Assembly: GCA_020723505.1 (NCBI GenBank)
Contig: DYIT01000008.1
Coordinates: 14,579-78,578 of the forward strand
DNA from: Candidatus Kuenenia stuttgartensis
GTDB taxonomy: Bacteria > Planctomycetota > JAKEIC01 > DYIT01
Reading direction: 5' to 3'
Length of the DNA stretch: 64,000 bases
Notes under the pieces: generated by a model
Told to the model about the DNA's origin: nothing
The model's database searches: none
The model's input: the letters and a program-made list of their open reading frames with translations, nothing else
Made by a program: the position numbers and the translations under genes
Shown: positions 14,846-23,732 of the stretch, in pieces
Layout of the letters: each line of letters opens with the position of its first letter
Position numbering within the stretch: the stretch's first letter is position 1

Positions 14846-17800
14846 ATGATGGATGGGATTTCGACCGGACATGGTGATGAAAAGGGGGGGAGGGTGGCGG
14901 TTCCGGACAGGAAAATCGGGGGCAGGTTCGCGCTGCTCGCGAGACTCGGCGGCGGCGCGACGGGCGAGGTCTGGCTGGCGGAGGACGGGGCTGCCGGACT
15001 CAGGACCGCGGTGAAGATATCGGGACCGGATGCCGGATCCCGGTCGTCGCTCGAGGCGGAGGCGGGCATTCTCAAGGCCTTGTCGCATCCCGCCGTGCCG
15101 AAGGTCCTTGCCGAGGGGACGGGCTGGTTCGCCATGGAATACGCCATGGGTTCGAAGCTTTCCAAAGCGATGGCCTCCCCGCTGCCTGCGGTCCAGGCAT
15201 GCTCGCAGATTGCCCGCGCGCTCGAACACGTGCACGGCAGGGGCTTCGTGCATGGCGACGTCAACCCCGAACACATACTGGTCTCGGAGGAAGGGCGCGC
15301 CATGCTCGTTGATTTCTCCCACGCTTCCGGCCCGGGTCTCGATTCCCGGCCCGGCAGGGGGACCCCGGGATTCATGGCGCCCGAGAACCTGATGGGGCTC
15401 GAACTGGGACCCGCTGGCGACGTCTATTCCCTCGGCGCGTCCCTCTATTGCGCGCTTTCCGGCGCTCCCCCATATCCCGCAACGGGCGCAGGCGAGGAAG
15501 CGGCCCGGATGAACCGGGAAGCTCCGAAACCCGTCCATCTCGTCAATCCCGCAGTGGACGAAAAGCTCGCCGCCGCAATAATGAAGGCAATCCATCCCGA
15601 CCCGAAGGATAGGTACAGGGACGCCGCGGAGTTCGCCGGCGCCCTGGAGAGGTGGGCCGACCTGCGGGGCGGCGCATTCGTGCCGGGCAGGATGTCCGGA
15701 AGATCGGAGGATCTCGACAGGGCGCTCAGAATCCACGCATGCGCGAAACCCGGGACCGGAATCGTGCTCGCCGTCACCGGCTCGAAGGGGGTCGGCAAGA
15801 CGAGGTTCATCGAGGAACTGCATTCATCAATCAGGGCCCTTGGGCTCGCGTCGATGCTCGTGAGATGCCGCGGGCTTTCAGATGCCGAAGCGGAGAAGAG
15901 GATATCCTGGGCGCTGGGGACGCTTGCGGCATCCTCCCGGCGGGCCTCGGCGCCGGGTCTTCCGCCGGCGCTGCTGGTATGCGGGCTTGAGAACGCCGAG
16001 CCCTTGCGCATGGCGCTCAAGGGCGCGGGCTCTTCTCCTTGTCCGTTCGCGGCTGCGTCGCTTCCTCCCGGCACTGTCCTGCCTTCAATGCCCAAGGACT
16101 TCAGGGTCGAGCGCATAGAGCTGCTTCCGCTCAAGCATCGGGAAATCGAGGAGGCGGTGAACGGCAAAGCGTGGGCGGGAGCCTTTTCCCCGAAGGTTCT
16201 CGAATCCATCGTCGCGGTTTCCGCCGGTCTTCCCGGCGTGGCCATGGGCATCGTCGAGGCCGCGATGCGCGCGACCGGGAAGCAGGGCGGGATTCTGTCT
16301 CCGGTTCTTCCCTTCGAAGCGGGGGAAGCAGGAGCAGGGGCGTTCGCGGGGAGGGTAATCCGGATGGATTCGCAGGCGAGGTCGGCTGCCGAAGCGGTCG
16401 CCGTTCTTGGCGAGGAGGCCTCGGAAGAGACCGTCGCCCGGACCTCCGGGCTCGGGACCAGGCGGGCTAAGATTGCCGTGGAGAAGCTCTGTTCCGCCTC
16501 GGTCCTGGTGAGGCAGGCCGGCATGCTGAGGTTCGCCGTGCAGGGAGCGGAGGAATCCATTCTCGCGTCGGCTGAACCCGGCATGCTCAAGGCCATGAAT
16601 CTCGCCGCTGCGAAGGCCCTCAGGAAGACCTCCGGGCCGGTGCAGAGGATTGCTCTCCACATGCTCAGGGCCGGTGAAATCTCGGAAGGGCTCGGCATGC
16701 TCTCTGCGCATCCGCAATCTCGCGCGCAAGCGGAGGTGGAGGATGCCCTCAGGCGCGCTGCTGATTCCCTGAAGGGCAGCCTCGAGGGTGCTCAGGCCGA
16801 CGCGGCGCTGGGGAGGATGCTGGTGGCGGCCGGGAAGCACGGGGAGGCCGAAGAGAGGATCCGGTCCGCGCTCAGGTGGGGCGGGTTGAGCGGAAAAGAG
16901 AGGGAGAACCTCGCCATCGCCGCCGCCGATACCGGTCTTGCGATTGGGGACTTCGCCGGCGCCATGGAGGCCCTCTCCGGCATTCCGCGGTTTCCGGCCG
17001 GACCTGCGCGGGCGCTCCTCGCCGCGGCCGAGGCGAAGAGGGGGCTCGGGAGATTCGAGGAGGCGAGGGAGGAACTTGGATTCGCGCTCGTTTCCGGCGG
17101 ACTTGCGCCGGAGGAGACAGCAGGTTGCCACCACGTCCTCGGGAAGATAGCGCTCGACCTCGCGGAGATTTCCAGGGCCGAGGCCAATTTCGCGAAGGCG
17201 CTGAATCATGCTGAGGGTTCGGGCGACTTCCGCCTCGAGACCTCGTGCCTCGTCAATCTCGGCCTTTGCAGCATAGCCGCCGCCGATTTCGCCGAAGCGG
17301 GAAGCAGGCTTCTCAGGGCGGGCGAAATCAACATGCGGAGGAAGGCGGGACTCGAGGCCGAGATTGACCTTGCGACTGGAATCGTCTCGGCCATGACCGG
17401 CGACTCTCCAGGCGGATTCGCCGCGCTTGCAAGGGCTCTTTCCGCCTCGCGCCGGGGACTCAGGCCTGCCCGCGGGACGGCGCTGTCCGCGATAGGCAAG
17501 GCGTATTCAGCATCCGGGGGGCTGAGAAAGGCAGGAAGATATCTCGCGGCCGCCAGGGAGGCGCTGCGCGCGGCCGGCGCTGTTGCCGAGGAGCTCTCGG
17601 CCTCGACTAGGCTCGCGCTTGTGCTTTTGAGGGAGAAGAGGTTCCGGGAGGCGGATGATCTCAAGGCGGATTTCGAAGGCAGGACCGAGCCGCTGTTCAG
17701 GGCGGTCTTCCTGCTGGTTGACTCCGAGGTCCATCTGTCCCGCGGGGACGCGGCGCGGGCGCTGGATTCCGCCCGCGCCGGGATTGGGTGCCTTCCTACG

Positions 17801-19753
17801 CACGTCGCGGCCCCTCAGGTGCGGTCGAGGCTTGCGGCGGCGGAAGCCTCGTGCCTTCTCAGGAGCGGCGGCGCCGGGGACGCGGAGCGGGCCTTCGCGA
17901 CCGCGGTTTCCCTTCTCGAACCGTTCCCTGTGCACCTGCTCGAAGTCGCCACGGACTTCGCCGCATCTGCAGCCGCATGCGCGAATCTTGCCCCGGAGAC
18001 GAGGCGGTTCGCGCTTTCGGCCCTGGACGACGCGAGGCGGAAGCTCTCTTCCGCGCCGGATGCCGCGTTGAACCTCAGGGCTTCCAACGCCGCCGCCGCC
18101 CTCGAAGCGGCTCTAAGCCCTCCCGCAGCCCGGAGCCCTGCGCCGGCGATCGGCTCCTCCGCAAGCCAGGGGACGCCGCCGGGCGGAGGAGGGCGCGCCG
18201 TCGCGGACCGCGAGAAGAGGCTCCTGATTCTCCAGGCCGTTGCCAGGAGGATGAACCAGGAGCAGGACTTCGCCCGGATACCCGAGATGGTCCTCGACAT
18301 GGCGTTGTCGGCGGTCGGGGCCCAGCGCGGCTTCATCCTGGCGTCGGGGGGAGGGTTCGAGATTCTCGCGGCAAGAAACATGGAGGGGGGCAGGGTTCTC
18401 AGTCCCGAGGGAGAGATTAGCTTTTCCATTGCGAAGCAAGTGGTCGAGACCGGGCTGCCGGTGATGACGGAAGATGCGACGTGCGACGGGAGGTTCATGG
18501 ACAACGTGAGCGTTCGTAACCTGAATCTCAAGTCGGTCATGTGCGTGCCGCTGTTGGGCCCGGCCGGAGTCCTCGGCGCCCTGTACGCCGAGGACAGGCA
18601 GAGAGCCGGGGCGTTCACCGAGGACGACCTGTGGTTCCTGTCGATGTTCGCGGAACACGCGGCGGTTGCCCTGTCCAACGCGCGGCTCCGAAACGAAATC
18701 GAGCGGCGCGGAAAGGAACTGGACAGGCTGAACAGGGAGCTTTGCGAAAAGGTAGCGCGCCAGGAGGAATCCATCGCGGACCTGAAGAGCAAGGTTCCGG
18801 CGGACGGATCGACGGGGCCGTCGCGGTACCCCGGGATGGTGGGTATTAGCGCGGCCATGCAGAAGGTCTTCTCGCTCATGGACCGCATTGCGGCGTCCGA
18901 GGCGCCGGTGCTGATTGTGGGCCGGAGCGGGACGGGCAAGGAGCTGGTTGCGAAGGCGATTCATGCGTGCGGGCCTAGGAAGGCGGCGGTTTTCGCGGCG
19001 GAGAACTGCGCTGCGCTCACTGAGACGCTGCTCGAGAGCGAGCTTTTCGGCCACGAGAAGGGATCCTTCACGGGCGCGTTCGAAACCAAGAAGGGGCTGT
19101 TCGAGCTGGCGGACGGGGGCACGCTGTTCCTGGACGAGGTTTCGGACATGAGCCACGGCCTGCAGAGCAAGCTCCTTAGGGTCTTGCAGGAGGGCGAAAT
19201 CCGCAGGGTGGGGGGCAAGGCGTCGATACGGGTTGACGCGAGGATAATATCGGCCACGAACAGGGAGCTCGAGGATATGGTCAAGGCGGGATCGTTCAGG
19301 GAGGACCTCTATTACAGGCTCAACGTGCTCAAGATAGAGGTTCCGCCGCTCAAGGACCGGAAGGAGGACATCCCGCTCCTGGCAAGGCATTTCCTGAACC
19401 GTGTGGCGAAGCCCGGAGAGAAGCTCGAGTTGAGCGGCGGGGCGCTGGATTTGCTCGCTGCCTACGACTGGCCTGGGAACGTGCGCGAGCTCGAGAACGA
19501 GATACTCCGCGCTGCGGCGCTGGGTGGGAAGGTGATAGGCGCGGATGATCTTTCTCCGAGGCTCAAGGAAGCTCATTCCGACCAGCCCCCGGAGGCAGGC
19601 CTTGACATGGGCGAGAGGGTGAAAGCACTCGAGATTGAGATGATACGTGACGCTCTGGCCCGGGCGGGCGGAAACAAGTCGAAAGCCGCGCAGATCCTCG
19701 GCATCAGCAGGTTCGGGCTCCAGAAGAAGATGGACAGGTACGGGATGTCGTGA
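14846..19753 (+). CDS. Ser/Thr-kinase-like / STAND P-loop NTPase / TPR / GAF / sigma-54 enhancer-binding protein fusion
   Basis: N-terminal kinase fold: GGGATGEVWLA, AVKI, FVHGDVNPEHILV, LVDFS, GFMAPE. P-loop: VTGSKGVGKTRF. About 700 aa of Ala/Leu-rich TPR-like repeats follow, then a GAF domain (RGFILASGGG...MCVPLL...GALYAED). The sigma-54 AAA+ core shows GRSGTGKE, ESELFGHEKGSFTGA, GGTLFLDEV and RVGG, followed by a Fis-type HTH (SKAAQILGISRFGLQKKM). Start set at ATG 14846; the 44 upstream track codons run across REP hairpins. Confidence 0.85.
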   Translation: MMDGISTGHGDEKGGRVAVPDRKIGGRFALLARLGGGATGEVWLAEDGAAGLRTAVKISGPDAGSRSSLEAEAGILKALSHPAVPKVLAEGTGWFAMEYAMGSKLSKAMASPLPAVQACSQIARALEHVHGRGFVHGDVNPEHILVSEEGRAMLVDFSHASGPGLDSRPGRGTPGFMAPENLMGLELGPAGDVYSLGASLYCALSGAPPYPATGAGEEAARMNREAPKPVHLVNPAVDEKLAAAIMKAIHPDPKDRYRDAAEFAGALERWADLRGGAFVPGRMSGRSEDLDRALRIHACAKPGTGIVLAVTGSKGVGKTRFIEELHSSIRALGLASMLVRCRGLSDAEAEKRISWALGTLAASSRRASAPGLPPALLVCGLENAEPLRMALKGAGSSPCPFAAASLPPGTVLPSMPKDFRVERIELLPLKHREIEEAVNGKAWAGAFSPKVLESIVAVSAGLPGVAMGIVEAAMRATGKQGGILSPVLPFEAGEAGAGAFAGRVIRMDSQARSAAEAVAVLGEEASEETVARTSGLGTRRAKIAVEKLCSASVLVRQAGMLRFAVQGAEESILASAEPGMLKAMNLAAAKALRKTSGPVQRIALHMLRAGEISEGLGMLSAHPQSRAQAEVEDALRRAADSLKGSLEGAQADAALGRMLVAAGKHGEAEERIRSALRWGGLSGKERENLAIAAADTGLAIGDFAGAMEALSGIPRFPAGPARALLAAAEAKRGLGRFEEAREELGFALVSGGLAPEETAGCHHVLGKIALDLAEISRAEANFAKALNHAEGSGDFRLETSCLVNLGLCSIAAADFAEAGSRLLRAGEINMRRKAGLEAEIDLATGIVSAMTGDSPGGFAALARALSASRRGLRPARGTALSAIGKAYSASGGLRKAGRYLAAAREALRAAGAVAEELSASTRLALVLLREKRFREADDLKADFEGRTEPLFRAVFLLVDSEVHLSRGDAARALDSARAGIGCLPTHVAAPQVRSRLAAAEASCLLRSGGAGDAERAFATAVSLLEPFPVHLLEVATDFAASAAACANLAPETRRFALSALDDARRKLSSAPDAALNLRASNAAAALEAALSPPAARSPAPAIGSSASQGTPPGGGGRAVADREKRLLILQAVARRMNQEQDFARIPEMVLDMALSAVGAQRGFILASGGGFEILAARNMEGGRVLSPEGEISFSIAKQVVETGLPVMTEDATCDGRFMDNVSVRNLNLKSVMCVPLLGPAGVLGALYAEDRQRAGAFTEDDLWFLSMFAEHAAVALSNARLRNEIERRGKELDRLNRELCEKVARQEESIADLKSKVPADGSTGPSRYPGMVGISAAMQKVFSLMDRIAASEAPVLIVGRSGTGKELVAKAIHACGPRKAAVFAAENCAALTETLLESELFGHEKGSFTGAFETKKGLFELADGGTLFLDEVSDMSHGLQSKLLRVLQEGEIRRVGGKASIRVDARIISATNRELEDMVKAGSFREDLYYRLNVLKIEVPPLKDRKEDIPLLARHFLNRVAKPGEKLELSGGALDLLAAYDWPGNVRELENEILRAAALGGKVIGADDLSPRLKEAHSDQPPEAGLDMGERVKALEIEMIRDALARAGGNKSKAAQILGISRFGLQKKMDRYGMS

Positions 19754-19775
19754 TAGGCTTATTGTTCGGTATTAA

Positions 19776-20858
19776 GGGGTCAGTCCCCGCATTTAAACAT
19801 TGACTGCCAGTTGAGAAGCGTGCGGAGCACCATGGCAAGAAAACCGCGCATCGAATACGCGGGTGCGTTCTACCACGTGATGAGCAGAGGCAACCGGGGA
19901 GACTCCATTTTTCTTGATGACACAGACAGGGAACTCTGGTTGAGAACTTTAGGTCAGGCATGCAACAAGACAGGCTGGAGGGTGCATGCATACGTACAGA
20001 TGGTGAATCATTATCATCTGCTTCTCGAGACGCCTGAGCCGAACCTGGTAGCGGGAATGAAGTGGATGCAGGGAACATACACCCAAAGAGTCAACAGAAT
20101 CCACAATCTTTATGGTCACCTTTTGCAGGGGCGGTACAAGGCCCTTCCGATTGACACTGAAGACGGGAAGTGGTTCCGGACGGTTGTTGATTACATCCAT
20201 TTGAATCCTGTTCGCAGCGGTCTTGTCCAAGCCGGCAAAGACATGCTTGGGGATTATGTCTGGAGCAGTTTCAAGGAGTACTTATCGAGTCCGAATCGCC
20301 GTCCTTTCTGGCTCACTGTCAACCTGGCGCTTGGGGAACTCGGGCTCGAGGACACCCCGAAAGGCCGATCGAACTTTGAGTTGTACACCGAGAACCTGGC
20401 GGAAAAATTGGAAACCAGAAATGGGGACGCACTGAGGCAGGGATGGGAAAGGATTCGCCGAGGGTGGTTTCTAGGCGATGATAGTTTCCAGGAGACCCTC
20501 GTCATTCATCTGCCCGGATTGCTGAAAGGAAAGAAGGCGGAATCATTCGGAGGCGCGGCGAAGCGAGAACATGGGATTCGTGAAGCCCAGAAGCTGCTCG
20601 CAACTGGACTGCGCATCCTCCGTCTCGATGCAGGGATGCTTCCCGGTATGAGGAAAGGAAGTGAGGAAAAGGCTTTTCTAGCATGGCTGCTTCGGAGAAG
20701 AACGACGGCGGACAGCAACTGGATTGCGGGAAAGATATACGCCGGACATCATGGGAACATAAGCCGCCTGGTAAAGCAGGCGGAATCGAAAGAAGCAGGA
20801 CCCATGGGGAAATGGAAGCGGGAGGCCGGAAGAATGCTTAAATGCGGGGACTGACCCC
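19776..20858 (+). mobile_element. RAYT-like unit: Y1-transposase gene bracketed by inverted 25-nt REP-like repeats
   Basis: Left repeat GGGGTCAGTCCCCGCATTTAAACAT (19776-19800). The right repeat at 20834-20858 is its reverse complement with 1 mismatch and overlaps the last codons and the stop of the gene. Confidence 0.7.
19832..20854 (+). CDS. IS200/IS605-type Y1 (HUH) transposase-like protein, REP-associated (RAYT-like), with a long C-terminal extension
   Basis: ARKPRIEYAGAFYHVMSRGN, HUH motif NHYHLLLE and catalytic-Tyr region VVDYIHLNPVRSGLV. The C-terminal ~150 aa include WIAGKIYAGHHGNISRLV, which resembles a DnaA-C-type HTH. ATG 19832 is preferred over TTG 19811. Confidence 0.8.
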   Translation: MARKPRIEYAGAFYHVMSRGNRGDSIFLDDTDRELWLRTLGQACNKTGWRVHAYVQMVNHYHLLLETPEPNLVAGMKWMQGTYTQRVNRIHNLYGHLLQGRYKALPIDTEDGKWFRTVVDYIHLNPVRSGLVQAGKDMLGDYVWSSFKEYLSSPNRRPFWLTVNLALGELGLEDTPKGRSNFELYTENLAEKLETRNGDALRQGWERIRRGWFLGDDSFQETLVIHLPGLLKGKKAESFGGAAKREHGIREAQKLLATGLRILRLDAGMLPGMRKGSEEKAFLAWLLRRRTTADSNWIAGKIYAGHHGNISRLVKQAESKEAGPMGKWKREAGRMLKCGD

Positions 20859-21063
20859 AAATTATTACTCCGTCAATACCCGTGGAAACGAGGGTCTTTC
20901 CATCGGGTGAAAAAGCAATGCATGCAGCTATCTTGCATTACCGGGATGGTTTTCGAGGGAGGGGTTCCGAGGCGGAGGCAGTCGATTCCAGGAGCCGCTG
21001 TTCAACGGGCGTCAGGTCGATTAGAATCAGGGCAAACCGCGGTCGGTATTCCAGCGACAATCC

Positions 21064-22542
21064 ATGCCCGACGAAAACGACATTTTGTTCGCGCGCAGCG
21101 CCCTGAAGGCGGGGTACATCACGCTCGACGGACTTTCCGAGGCGGTCAGGGCGCAGGCCTCGGAGAAGACGGGCGATGATGAGGACGCGCTCGACGCGGT
21201 GCTCCTGAGGAAGAGCCTGATAAAGGCGGAGGACAGGGACAGGCTCAGGGAAGCCATACGCAAGCACCGCAAGAGCGTGGACGTCAAGGGGTACGAGGTT
21301 TACGAGCTCATAGGGCGCGGCGGGATGGGCAGCGTGTTCCGGGCGAAGCAGCTCTCCATGGACCGGATTGTCGCCCTGAAGCAGCTCCCGAAAATCGCGG
21401 TAGGCGACAGGACCGACGTCCAGCGTTTCCTGCGCGAGGCGAGACTTGCGGCATCGCTGAACCACAAGTACATAGTCAGGGTCTTCGAAGTCGGCGAGGC
21501 CAGCGACAGGTACTTCATCTCGATGGAGTTCATAAACGGCAGGACCCTCGAGGATCTGCTCGACAAGGAAGGGGCCATGCCCGCCGGGAAGGCGCTGTCG
21601 GTCGCGAGGATGGCCGCCGAAGCCCTGGACCATGCTCATGGCAAGGGGATAATCCACCGGGATCTCAAGCCCGGGAACGTGATGATGACCGCGGGCCAGG
21701 GTATCAGGATAGTGGACTTCGGCCTCGCAGTGGGATACGGAGCGATCTCCTCCGAGAAGATAACCAGGGCGGGGATCATCCTCGGGACGCCCGAGTACAT
21801 CGCTCCCGAGCAGGCGCGGAAGCCCGCCGAGGTCACGTCCGCAGCGGACATCTATTCGCTCGGGGCGATACTCTACCACATGCTCTCGGGCAAGGCGCCC
21901 TTCGCAGGCGAGAACATGCTGGACGTTCTCGGGAAGGTGTTCAGGAGGGAGTTCGAGCCGCTGGAATCCGCCCGCAGCGGCCTGCAGCCCGAGATCTACG
22001 CGCTCGTGTCCGACTGCATGGCGTCCGACCCGGAGGCCCGGCCCACGGCTTCGGGCTTCGCGGAGGCGGTGGACGCCGTTTTCACCTCGTATCCGAACCT
22101 CCAGAAGGAGCGGGCCAAGGACATGAAGGACACGCACGTCATCAGCCTTGACGCGGCGTTCCCCGAGGAGGAGCACCATGCTCCGTTCTCGCTCAGGGGA
22201 TGGCAGGCTGTCGCTGTCGCCGCATTCCTGCTGTCGGCATTCTTCTTCGTCGTCGTCCTGGTCACCGTAATGCTTTCCGGCGGCGACGATTCCCAGGAAC
22301 AGCCTGCTCCGGACCAGGCGCAGGGCAGTAATTCCGGCGATGCCACCCGCACCCCGGTCGAGGTGCAGAAGGACGCGGAGGCCATGAGGATGTTCGAGGA
22401 GGCCAAGGCCTTCGCGAAGAAGCATGGTGGCCGCAAGAACGAGGTCCTGGCTAAATACAGGAGGATAGTCGAGCAGTATCCGGGGACCATGGGCGCGTTC
22501 AAGGCCAAGGACGAGATTGAGAAGGCTGCCGGGCGGAAATGA
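21064..22542 (+). CDS. Hanks-type Ser/Thr protein kinase with T2SSE_N/MshEN-like N-terminus and a C-terminal TM segment
   Basis: GRGGMGSVFRA, VALKQL, IIHRDLKPGNVMM, IVDFGLA, PEYIAPE. N-terminal ILFARSALKAGYITLDGLSEAVRAQ. TM segment WQAVAVAAFLLSAFFFVVVLVTVML. Confidence 0.9.
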   Translation: MPDENDILFARSALKAGYITLDGLSEAVRAQASEKTGDDEDALDAVLLRKSLIKAEDRDRLREAIRKHRKSVDVKGYEVYELIGRGGMGSVFRAKQLSMDRIVALKQLPKIAVGDRTDVQRFLREARLAASLNHKYIVRVFEVGEASDRYFISMEFINGRTLEDLLDKEGAMPAGKALSVARMAAEALDHAHGKGIIHRDLKPGNVMMTAGQGIRIVDFGLAVGYGAISSEKITRAGIILGTPEYIAPEQARKPAEVTSAADIYSLGAILYHMLSGKAPFAGENMLDVLGKVFRREFEPLESARSGLQPEIYALVSDCMASDPEARPTASGFAEAVDAVFTSYPNLQKERAKDMKDTHVISLDAAFPEEEHHAPFSLRGWQAVAVAAFLLSAFFFVVVLVTVMLSGGDDSQEQPAPDQAQGSNSGDATRTPVEVQKDAEAMRMFEEAKAFAKKHGGRKNEVLAKYRRIVEQYPGTMGAFKAKDEIEKAAGRK

Positions 22543-22592
22543 ACGGGGAAGAGAATCAGTAAGTGCGGAATGATATTGACCCAATGGGAGCC

Positions 22593-22702
22593 TTCGACAC
22601 TGAAAACGCCGAAGGGAAGCTGACAACGCTGAAGGGTTTCAAGGGGTTTGATTGCATTCTCTCGGCGTTCTTCAGTACATTTTCAGCGTCCTCAGATTCG
22701 AA
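22593..22702. repeat. ~110-bp imperfect palindromic (MITE/REP-like) element, copy 1
   Basis: Arms TTCGACACTGAAAACGCCGAAGGG... and ...CATTTTCAGCGTCCTCAGATTCGAA. It aligns with 56222-56345, best in the opposite orientation (TTCGACACTGAAAACGC[C/T]GAA[G/A]G). It contains 9-11-nt-spaced (G/A)C(T/C)GA units. Confidence 0.65.
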
Positions 22703-22743
22703 AGAGCATCGACATTTCGAGGTCTGGTTTGGAGGTGGCGGAT

Positions 22744-22893
22744 TTGAAGATTGAACTTTCGGTCAACGGCGGCAAGGTGATGATGAACCCGTTCGTGTCG
22801 GAGCTGCTCGCCAAGGTGGTGATGGCCATCGTATCGACGCTGAAGGGCGTCGAGGACCCGAAGAAGATATCGATCCAGATAAAGACCGAATGA
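22744..22893 (+). CDS. Small hypothetical protein (~49 aa)
   Basis: The TTG at 22744 follows GGAGGTGGCGGA. The product KIELSVNGGKVMMNPFVSELLAKVVMAIVSTLKGVEDPKKISIQIKTE has ordinary protein composition. Its stop overlaps the next start (ATGA). I recognise no family. Confidence 0.4.
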   Translation: MKIELSVNGGKVMMNPFVSELLAKVVMAIVSTLKGVEDPKKISIQIKTE

Positions 22894-23621
22894 AGAAACT
22901 CACGTTCGGCGAAAAGGTCCTGCTCTTCCTTGTGAAACGGCTCGGCACTTTCACGTACCGGCTCGTCTGCTCGACGTACATCATGAAAGTCGAGGGGCTT
23001 TGGAAAATCCGGAAATACCTCCGGCCGGGGGTGCCGCGCATAGGCGCATGCTGGCACCAGAGAAGCCTCTGCGTCCCCTTATTCACGCTCAGGCTTCCGA
23101 AATTCGCCTACATCGTGAGCCAGAGCAAGGACGGGCAGATGATCGCGTACGTCCTCGAGGGCATGGGCTATCCTCTAATCCGCGGATCCAGCTCGAAACG
23201 CGGGTTAGAGGCCATGAGCGAGTGCCGCTCGCTTCTCATGGGCGGGACCGGCCTCGGGATAACGCCTGACGGCCCCAGGGGCCCCGGGAGGAAGGTGCAG
23301 CCCGGCACCGCCTGGCTGTCCATGGAAACCGGCGCGGCGGTGCTCCCAATGGCGATTTCAGCCAAACGCGCCTGGTGGGCGCGAGGATGGGACCGGTTCA
23401 TGTTTCCAAAGCCGTTCACTGAAATCCTGGTCGTGGTCGGCGATGCGATTCTCCCACCGAAGCGCCCGGCGACCGACGAGGCGGTCGAGGATTTCGCCTT
23501 GGAGATAGCGAAGGCGCTCGACCAGGTGACCGCCGAGGCGGACAGGCGATACTGCTGGCGGGAAAGACGGCCGAGAGCGTGCTTGGGGCTGCCCGAGAGG
23601 GCGCTCCGACCCGGAGAATGA
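22890..23621 (+). CDS. DUF374-family (lysophospholipid-acyltransferase superfamily) protein
   Basis: IVSQSKDGQMIAYVLEGMGYPLIRGSSSKRGLEAM...GITPDGPRGPGRKVQPGTAWLSMETGAAVLP matches the SqSxDGe...RGSSsrgG...tpDGPRGP pattern of DUF374 proteins, which are often linked to Kdo/LPS genes. Confidence 0.8.
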   Translation: MKKLTFGEKVLLFLVKRLGTFTYRLVCSTYIMKVEGLWKIRKYLRPGVPRIGACWHQRSLCVPLFTLRLPKFAYIVSQSKDGQMIAYVLEGMGYPLIRGSSSKRGLEAMSECRSLLMGGTGLGITPDGPRGPGRKVQPGTAWLSMETGAAVLPMAISAKRAWWARGWDRFMFPKPFTEILVVVGDAILPPKRPATDEAVEDFALEIAKALDQVTAEADRRYCWRERRPRACLGLPERALRPGE

Positions 23622-23732
23622 GGCAGGACGCGGCGGTTGCCAATGCGCTCGCCCGGTTGATATCCTATTCCTGTTTTCCCGCTCCCGGGCGGGAAGGAAA
23701 CCTCGAAGAGCGCAGCGCTGGGGGATTGACGC

